64,000 bases of DNA from Deltaproteobacteria bacterium (lineage in GTDB: Bacteria > Myxococcota_A > Polyangia > GCA-2747355 > JADLHG01): NCBI GenBank assembly GCA_020848905.1, contig JADLHG010000017.1:15429-79428 (forward strand), read 5' to 3'. The notes under the pieces were generated by a model, which was given only the letters and a program-made list of their open reading frames with translations, was not told the origin of the DNA and ran no database searches. This document shows positions 58,044 through 64,000 of the stretch, piece after piece; within the stretch, counting starts at the first letter, position 1, and every line of letters starts with the position of its first letter. Position numbers and translations under genes: made by a program.

Positions 58044-60311
58044 TCAGCGTGTGCGGCGAGGCGTTCGGCGAACTTCGCGGCGTCGCGTCGCGCGGCCGAG
58101 GTGGAGCAGGCTCGCCAGGGCGAGCAGGAGGGCGGCTGGCCCGGCGCGATCGGCAGCACCTCCTACCGCGCACCCGCCGTGAAGCTTGTCGGGCTGGCCG
58201 GAGGGCGCCGTGGGATCGGTCGGCCAGGGCTCCTCGGGGCGCAGACCCCCCGCGGGAGGCGCGCCGACGGGGGGCGTGCCGACGGGGGCCGGCTTCTCGC
58301 ATTCGCGGGTGTCGCTCGGGTTCGTGTCGTCGCAATCGCGGCAGGCGGGGACGTTGTCGCCGTCGGCGTCCACCGGAGTCACCTGCAGCGCCAGCTCGAG
58401 CGCTCCGTCGGCCGGTCCGCCTTGCCCCGGGTCCGAGAACCAGGCCACGCCGTCCTGCACCAGGTTGAAGTGCTCGGCGTAGGTTCGCGTGCCGCACGAG
58501 TTCGGCGCGGTCACGGTGAAGGTGATGGTCGCGGTGCCGCCGGGCGCGACGACGCCGGTGGGGGCGACGCGCCCCTGTGAGGGCCAGGAGGGGCTGTAGA
58601 AGACGCTCTGCCGGTCCCGCGGCTCGGAGGTGCCGAGGAAGGTTCGGGCGTCCCACGCGCTCGCGCCGTCGTTGCGGTAGGTGACGGTGACCTGCCCGGT
58701 GGCGCCCGCGGCGAGCTGCGCGGGCCCGCGCTTCTCGAGGAGAGTGGCCTTCAGCGCGGGCTTCTCGGGCGGCGGTGGAGGCGGCGCGGTCGTCCCTTCG
58801 ATGGCCACGTGCCACTTCACGCCCATCTGCGACCAGGCGTAGGTGACCTCGCCTCCATTGTAGTTGGGATAGGTGCCGAGGTTCTTGTTCCCGTAGGGAT
58901 CGTTCACGACCAGCGCGCCGCTCTCGGTGTAGCCGCGAACCGCGATGAGGTGACCGGCCCCGGTGAGCGCGGTCGAGAGCACCACCTGCCTTCCCGCGTC
59001 CAGGTGCGCCTTGATGGCGTTGAACGAGGTGCTTCCGGCAAACGTCGTCTTGAGCCCGTGCTTCGTCGCGTAGTCTTGCAGGAGGTAGGCCCACGCCTCG
59101 CCCCCCTTGGTCCCCCAGCCGTACGCGCCCCAGGCCGGCTTGCCGCTCGCGTCGTTTTGCTGTCGGTCGAAGGTCGTGCCGTTGAAGGTGTACTTGCGCG
59201 CGAGGTAGACCCCGTACTCGCTCGTGTGCGCCGAGGGCTCGTTGACCGTCACCGGGTCCGGCGCGAGCAGCCCGTGGGCCAGGATGATCATCAAGGTGGA
59301 GGTGGGGCCACAGGCCCAGCTCCCGTTGAACCCCGGCGGCGCGTCGTACACCTGATGCACGTAGGGCATCGGGAGCACGTTGAAGAGGGCGTCGCGGGGG
59401 GGGAGGAAGAGCTGCGGCGAGGGCCGGAGCTCCGTGCGCTGGGCGCGGGTCTTCAGGTTCACGATGCGGACCGTGCCGCGCCCTTCGAGGGCGTAGCGCA
59501 GCTCGTCGCCGGAACCCGAGAGCTCGATCGGCAACGCGCCGCGCTCCTCTGCGACGAGGCGGTCCGTTCCGTGGTGCAGGTCGAGCAGCCGGAGCTCCAG
59601 GCGCTGCGTGGGGGCCGGGCCGCTCACGACCCGCTCGTCGGTGCGCACGTAGGCGAGCGCGCCCTCGACGAGCGCCGCGCTGTAGACGTGCCCTCGGGGC
59701 TCGAAGCCGGGGAGCTCCTCCACGGTGCCGAGACGCAGGTCGACGCGCGCGGGGCGCGCCTCGGGGAGGTCGCCGGGAGGCCTACGGGTCACGACGAGCG
59801 TGTCGTCGTCGAGCCAGCCGAGGACCTCCGCCAGGTCGCCCGAGGCCACGCGCCGGAGCCGACCGGAGAGGTCGCCGAGCCAGAGCTCTCCCGGCCACGC
59901 GAGCGGCTCGTCCCGTCGCGCCCGGTGCGGAGCCAGGCGTCGCACGACGGCGAAGCGCTCGCCTCCCGGGGCGAAGACCGCACGGCCGAGCTCCTCGCCG
60001 CGCTGGGCGCGGAGGAGCGGCGCGGGGGTGCGGTCGCCTTCCACCCGGAGCAGCGTGGCCCCGCCGTCCTCCCCGTGCTGAATCGTGACGAGCGCCTCCG
60101 AGGTCGAACCCGGTCGAAGGTCGGCCTCGATGCGGTCGAGGAGGGTGCTCGCCACCGCGAGGCGCAGGCGCGCCCGACCCGAGGTGAGCTCCACCTCGCG
60201 GTCGCTCGTCGCGCGGAGCGCGAGGCGCGGCGCTGGAGCCAGCGGGCTCTCCGTGGCCGAGCACGCGAGGAGTCCGCATCCCACGACGAACAGCGCGACC
60301 GAGCGAGGCAT
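58044..60311 (-). CDS. lipoprotein with beta-propeller-like N-terminus, C39-like cysteine peptidase domain, Ig/NBR1-like domain and MYXO-CTERM-type tail
   Basis: Lipobox CGLLAC. SWACGPTSTLMIILAHG and GAGHLIAVRGY...VVNDPYG are the C39_2-like Cys and His. The C-terminus GGCAVGG...PAALLLALASLLHLGRATRRRE fits a Cys, hydrophobic, basic sorting signal. Confidence 0.7.
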   Translation of the reverse strand: MPRSVALFVVGCGLLACSATESPLAPAPRLALRATSDREVELTSGRARLRLAVASTLLDRIEADLRPGSTSEALVTIQHGEDGGATLLRVEGDRTPAPLLRAQRGEELGRAVFAPGGERFAVVRRLAPHRARRDEPLAWPGELWLGDLSGRLRRVASGDLAEVLGWLDDDTLVVTRRPPGDLPEARPARVDLRLGTVEELPGFEPRGHVYSAALVEGALAYVRTDERVVSGPAPTQRLELRLLDLHHGTDRLVAEERGALPIELSGSGDELRYALEGRGTVRIVNLKTRAQRTELRPSPQLFLPPRDALFNVLPMPYVHQVYDAPPGFNGSWACGPTSTLMIILAHGLLAPDPVTVNEPSAHTSEYGVYLARKYTFNGTTFDRQQNDASGKPAWGAYGWGTKGGEAWAYLLQDYATKHGLKTTFAGSTSFNAIKAHLDAGRQVVLSTALTGAGHLIAVRGYTESGALVVNDPYGNKNLGTYPNYNGGEVTYAWSQMGVKWHVAIEGTTAPPPPPPEKPALKATLLEKRGPAQLAAGATGQVTVTYRNDGASAWDARTFLGTSEPRDRQSVFYSPSWPSQGRVAPTGVVAPGGTATITFTVTAPNSCGTRTYAEHFNLVQDGVAWFSDPGQGGPADGALELALQVTPVDADGDNVPACRDCDDTNPSDTRECEKPAPVGTPPVGAPPAGGLRPEEPWPTDPTAPSGQPDKLHGGCAVGGAADRAGPAALLLALASLLHLGRATRRREVRRTPRRTR

Positions 60312-60425
60312 GCGGGGCGAGTCTACGCCCTGGTGGCTCTGGCGGTCAAAGGGTGGCCGCTCTGGTCAGCCCCGGGCGCGGTCGCCCCACGATCTTGCGC
60401 GGGTTTAGCCGCCGGGCGCGCTGGA

Positions 60426-61304
60426 ATGGCCCGTGCAAAAGACACCGCCGTGCGGTCTTCCACCCTCTCGTCGCGGACAGTCCTCGCCTCGCTGCTCCTC
60501 CTCTCCACGCTGGCCTGGGGGCGTGCGCCGCGCCCCGAGCGCAGTCCCGAGGCCACAGAGCGCATCTTCCGCCGGGTCTATCACTTCCAGGCGCAGGGAT
60601 GGCAAGAGGTCCGGCGCGAGGTGGAGGCCCGGTTGCGTAGACCGGCCACCGATCGCCCGACGGCGGTCGCGGCCGTGGTCTACCTCATGGATCACCTGGG
60701 GCTGCGGGTCGGCTCCCGGCGCTACGAGGAGCGCGAGGAGGCGGTCGGCGTGCGGCCGAACGGAGGCGCGCACGCGAGCGGGCCCACCTTCGGGGCGTCA
60801 TCGCTCCACAAGGAGCACGTGCGCGTGGAGGGCGATGTCGTGACGCTGGTCTTCACCGGCAAGGCGGGAAAGCCCTGGCAGAAGGAGCGCAGGGACCCGC
60901 TGCTCGCGGCGGCGCTGCGGGTGTTCCTGGCGCAGCCCGGAGAGCGGCTCTTTCAAGTACCGGGGTGGGACGCGACGCTCGTACCGGTGACGGAGGAGGA
61001 CGTACGCGCCTTCCTCGCGCCGAAGGGCGCGCTCCCCAAGGACTACCGCACCCTTCACGCCAATCGGATCTATCGCGAGAGCCTCGGTCGACAGCTCGCG
61101 GAGGCCCAGGCCGCGTCGGGAGCGCTGCCCGTCATCGACGCGCGCATGAAGGCTCGCGCGGTCAAGGCCGCCGCCACGTTCCTGAACCACGGAGAGGGGA
61201 CCTGCCGCAAGAACTACCTCGACCCGCGCAACCTGGAGGTCGCCACGCTGGACGCGGCGCAGCTCGTCGCCGAGTGGGCTGCGGCGCGGAGCAACGCTAA
61301 CTGA
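60426..61304 (+). CDS. DNA topoisomerase IB (poxvirus/eukaryote type), catalytic domain only
   Basis: Trimmed to ATG 60426. VVYLMDHLGLRVGSRRY, GASSLHKEHV, LVFTGKAGKPW, LPKDYRTLHAN and TCRKNYLDPR (active-site Tyr) parallel bacterial TopIB motifs. The N-terminal domain is missing and replaced by a hydrophobic leader. Confidence 0.85.
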   Translation: MARAKDTAVRSSTLSSRTVLASLLLLSTLAWGRAPRPERSPEATERIFRRVYHFQAQGWQEVRREVEARLRRPATDRPTAVAAVVYLMDHLGLRVGSRRYEEREEAVGVRPNGGAHASGPTFGASSLHKEHVRVEGDVVTLVFTGKAGKPWQKERRDPLLAAALRVFLAQPGERLFQVPGWDATLVPVTEEDVRAFLAPKGALPKDYRTLHANRIYRESLGRQLAEAQAASGALPVIDARMKARAVKAAATFLNHGEGTCRKNYLDPRNLEVATLDAAQLVAEWAAARSNAN

Positions 61305-61413
61305 CGCGCCCACGTTGCGTTCGACGGCGTCCCCTCCTACGCGCTATGCATTTCACGATAAATGATGCAATGAGAGCTCGCCGCGCCGTACGCGAATAGT
61401 GCTTGCTTTCACA

Positions 61414-61431
61414 CCATATATTGGTATATGG
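61414..61431. promoter_or_regulatory. perfect inverted repeat CCATATA-TTGG-TATATGG overlapping a candidate -10 of the AT-hook protein gene
   Basis: Read directly from the sequence. TTGCTT (61403-61408), a 16-nt spacer, then TATATG (61425-61430) gives a plausible sigma70 promoter whose -10 lies in the right half-site. Confidence 0.5.
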
Positions 61432-61461
61432 GTAAGCGATATTCGTTCAAGGAGTCGCTCA

Positions 61462-62100
61462 ATGGATCTTCTCGTCTCCGGCGCTTTCGCCAAGAAACTA
61501 ATGCGGCTGGCCAGCAAGGATAGCCAGCTCACCGTGGCGTTGGCGCAGGAATGGGCGAGCCGCGTCGACCGTCAGGCGCTAACCGCGTATCTGCTGGACG
61601 CCGAGACGGCCGTGCGCTTGCTGGCCGAACGCCTCAAGCAGGACCCCGAGAAGACGCTCGACGAGCTTCAGCGACTCGAGGCGCGGCAGGGCAAGCGGCG
61701 CGCGGCGAGCCGGGGCACCGCAGAGCCGGCGACGGCCTCCGCGCGGCGACGGCGCGGCCGGCCCATCCGCATGCGCCTGAGCGCGAGTCAGCTCGAGGAG
61801 ACCAAGCAGCTCGTGCGGGCCTTCCTGGGGCGGAATCCCTGGGCCAACCGCAAGCAGATCTCCGAGGCCGCGCGCGTTCCCACGCCGGCGCTCTACGCGC
61901 GCATCATGGGTGAGCTGAAGGACGCGGGCGAGATCATCGGCAAGGGCGAGAAGGCCAAGGCGGTGTATGCGTTGAAGGGCACGGGCGCCGGGGCAGGGCG
62001 CGCCGCGAACGGCAAGCCCCGTGGGAAAGGCGCCGCGGCGCCGGCGACCAAGAAGGGTCGGCCGGGTCGGCCGAAGAAGGCGGCTTCGACTACGAAGTAG
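61462..62100 (+). CDS. DNA-binding protein with two AT-hook motifs and a winged-helix-like segment
   Basis: ATG 61462 has AAGGAG 7 nt upstream. RRRGRPIRMR and KKGRPGRPKK are AT-hook cores. RKQISEAARVPTPALYARIMGELKDAGEIIGKGEKAKAVYAL is wHTH-like. Confidence 0.65.
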   Translation: MDLLVSGAFAKKLMRLASKDSQLTVALAQEWASRVDRQALTAYLLDAETAVRLLAERLKQDPEKTLDELQRLEARQGKRRAASRGTAEPATASARRRRGRPIRMRLSASQLEETKQLVRAFLGRNPWANRKQISEAARVPTPALYARIMGELKDAGEIIGKGEKAKAVYALKGTGAGAGRAANGKPRGKGAAAPATKKGRPGRPKKAASTTK

Positions 62101-62191
62101 CCCTCGACCACGACGCAGTCCTTCCCCGTCGGGACCTCAGTTTTCTGACGCGAGCCGGCTCCAAGACACGACAACCATTGCGGCGCGCGAG

Positions 62192-62207
62192 TGGTATGGC
62201 GCTTGCC
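62192..62207 (+). promoter_or_regulatory. sigma54-type -24/-12 element TGGTAT-N5-TTGCC
   Basis: TGGTATGGCGCTTGCC. Sits 33 nt upstream of ATG 62241 (Cys-rich lipoprotein). Confidence 0.45.
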
Positions 62208-62240
62208 TGTGCTAGCGGGCCGAGGAGGCACCGTTTCAGC

Positions 62241-62969
62241 ATGCCCACGCATCGTCGAGTCTCTCTATTGTCCTATGGTGCGCTCTTGCTCGCTGCGGCC
62301 GGCGGATGCGGGGCGCGCAGTCTCACGGAGACCCCTGACGGCGGAGCCGCGGTGACCCGAGACGGCTCGGGGGCTACCGTGGACGGCCAGGCGGGGAGCG
62401 ACGGCGGAGCGCGGCGGGTCGATTCCCGAGGCCCCGTTTCGTCAGGGACCTGCGTTGTCGGCGTGCACGTGGACGACTGCTGCACGCACGCCGTGCCGGT
62501 TCCGCTCTCTCGGCTGAGCACGGACCAGTGCCTCCTTCATTGGCCGCCCGCGAACGTGCCGCAGCCCTGCTTCGACAAGCGGCCGCCGAAGTGCGCGCTC
62601 GTGGACTGTGACTATGTGCCGCCCCCTTCCCGGCTCGCCGGGCCGCTCCCCGGGGGCGCAGGCTGCGCCTTCGTCGACGAGTGCCAGAAGCCGGCCGATT
62701 GCGTGATGGCCATCGACGCGCGGCACTGCTGCGCGTGCCCCCAAGCGGTGCCGGCCGCCCTCTTGAAGGTGAACCCCTGCATCGTCTCGCTGGAGACGAG
62801 CGCCTTCCCGCCGCCCGGGTGCAAGGATGCGTGCATCAACAAAGGGGAGACCTGCGGCGCTTGCCCGCCGGTCGACCGGAGTCAGCTCGCCTGCGCCCGA
62901 TCGGGAACGGATACCCTACGCCGCTGCTATGCCGGAACGCCGCCGCCGGGGGGCGGTCCGGAAATCTGA
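62241..62969 (+). CDS. Cys-rich secreted lipoprotein with an internal duplication
   Basis: Trimmed to ATG 62241. Lipobox LAAAGGC. The module C-V-x-x-[VI]-x(4)-CC...P...C occurs twice. Confidence 0.6.
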   Translation: MPTHRRVSLLSYGALLLAAAGGCGARSLTETPDGGAAVTRDGSGATVDGQAGSDGGARRVDSRGPVSSGTCVVGVHVDDCCTHAVPVPLSRLSTDQCLLHWPPANVPQPCFDKRPPKCALVDCDYVPPPSRLAGPLPGGAGCAFVDECQKPADCVMAIDARHCCACPQAVPAALLKVNPCIVSLETSAFPPPGCKDACINKGETCGACPPVDRSQLACARSGTDTLRRCYAGTPPPGGGPEI

Positions 62970-62979
62970 CCGCCGAACC

Positions 62980-63363
62980 TCACCTGCGAATGATCCCTCG
63001 GCTCGCGCCCCGCAGCACCTCCTTGCCGGCCTGATTGCGGCAAACCACCTCCAGCTCGACGTCGAAGCGATCCGGCGCGGGGTCCGCGCGCAGCACGACC
63101 AGCTCCGCTTCGATGGTGTCGCCCGTAAAGACGGGGCGCAAAAACTCGAAGCGCATCTCTCGCGCGAGGTAGTGCAGCTCGCCGCCGAGCTGCGTGGGGA
63201 GCGCGGCCACGAGGAGCCCGTGGACCATCACGCGCCCTTCGGGGTCGGCCTGCACGTGATGCCGGCCCGTGTCCAGGGTCAGCTCGGCGAAGGCTGCCAC
63301 CTCGGCAGCGGTATAGGTACGGCGGGTGGCGAGGCGCTCTCCGGCGGCGATGGGTCGTGACAT
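62980..63363 (-). CDS. MaoC-family (hotdog fold) dehydratase
   Basis: 127 aa. FAELTLDTGRHHVQ...VHGLLVAA...RPVFTGDTI is typical of the MaoC/R-hydratase hotdog fold. Confidence 0.8.
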   Translation of the reverse strand: MSRPIAAGERLATRRTYTAAEVAAFAELTLDTGRHHVQADPEGRVMVHGLLVAALPTQLGGELHYLAREMRFEFLRPVFTGDTIEAELVVLRADPAPDRFDVELEVVCRNQAGKEVLRGASRGIIRR

Positions 63364-63441
63364 GGCGCGATCATAGCGCGCGCTCTCGACGGCGGTCGAG
63401 CTTTGGACTAATGTCGCCGCTCACACCGAGGAGGTGCACCG

Positions 63442-64000
<559 letters not shown>

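Noticed and set aside
60320-60349. TTGACC-18-TAGACT sigma70-like promoter on the minus strand for the C39-like lipoprotein gene.
   Set aside because: The -10 box would end only 8 nt before the ATG, the 18-nt spacer is suboptimal, and the match is weak. It is not reportable as a feature without transcript data.
61346-61399. 17-codon upstream ORF (MHFTINDAMRARRAVRE) in the AT-rich leader region of the AT-hook gene.
   Set aside because: There is no Shine-Dalgarno sequence, and it lies upstream of the candidate promoter rather than in the leader. It is most likely a chance ORF in AT-rich DNA.
63385-63400. Palindrome CTCGAC-GGCG-GTCGAG between the divergent MaoC and SDR genes, considered as a possible operator.
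   Set aside because: The half-sites are only 6 bp and made of common GC-rich hexamers, and no regulator gene is adjacent. The evidence is too weak.

Overview
This is a very GC-rich bacterial chromosomal segment; third codon positions are almost always G/C. It is almost certainly from a member of the Myxococcota. The evidence is a MYXO-CTERM-like C-terminal sorting tail, at least 9 lipobox lipoproteins, two eukaryote-like Ser/Thr kinases, Cys-rich secreted modules, and several sigma54-type -24/-12 promoters.

I resolve 44 protein-coding genes. One of them runs off the right edge and is missing from the ORF track. I see no rRNA, tRNA or CRISPR array. Many of the longest ORFs in the track are antisense or alternate-frame shadows typical of high-GC DNA. 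Several true genes are the 3' parts of longer open frames, and I trimmed these to starts with a signal peptide or RBS.

Gene content, left to right:
- Secreted DNRLRE protein, SAM methyltransferase with a long extension, and Fe-ADH-like protein.
- Ser/Thr kinase, lamin-tail lipoprotein, and a membrane-anchored E2-like acyltransferase.
- A tight same-strand cluster: STAS/zinc-ribbon protein, then a 916-aa pseudo-receiver/GAF/degenerate-GGDEF/PilZ/RsbW-like protein, Ser/Thr kinase, flippase-like membrane protein and inorganic pyrophosphatase.
- PLD-family protein, and MoaD/ThiS-like protein plus aldehyde:ferredoxin oxidoreductase.
- Two convergent, overlapping ATP-grasp enzymes. One is a stand-alone cyanophycin-synthetase-type ATP-grasp domain.
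- Outer-membrane barrel plus a 1344-aa zinc metalloprotease lipoprotein.
- APC permease plus a 12-repeat beta-solenoid-like lipoprotein, a Cys-rich modular lipoprotein, and a lipoprotein CN-hydrolase.
- GH31, Gfo/Idh/MocA and CrtI-like oxidoreductases.
- DUF2752/DUF4190 pair and an HEFQH peptidase.
- An IS200-like Y1 transposase with a canonical sigma70 promoter. Its 5' flank is repeated at the very start of the window.
- B3/4-domain and MBL proteins.
- A long minus-strand block: C39-like MYXO-CTERM lipoprotein, DUF4388/degenerate-J protein, clpB, cbpA-like DnaJ, 1835-aa TPR protein, NlpC/P60, membrane protein.
- N-terminally truncated topoisomerase IB, an AT-hook DNA-binding protein with an AT-rich palindromic promoter, and a Cys-rich lipoprotein.
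- MaoC dehydratase and a partial SDR.

I see no recognisable phage, defence island or CRISPR system. The most interesting candidates are:
- the STAS / c-di-GMP / partner-switching cluster;
- the ATP-grasp pair;
- the TopIB plus AT-hook pair;
- the J-like protein next to clpB and cbpA;
- the repeat lipoprotein;
- a set of six correctly placed sigma54-type promoters in front of secreted-protein genes.

All domain calls come from motif recognition by eye, not from database searches.
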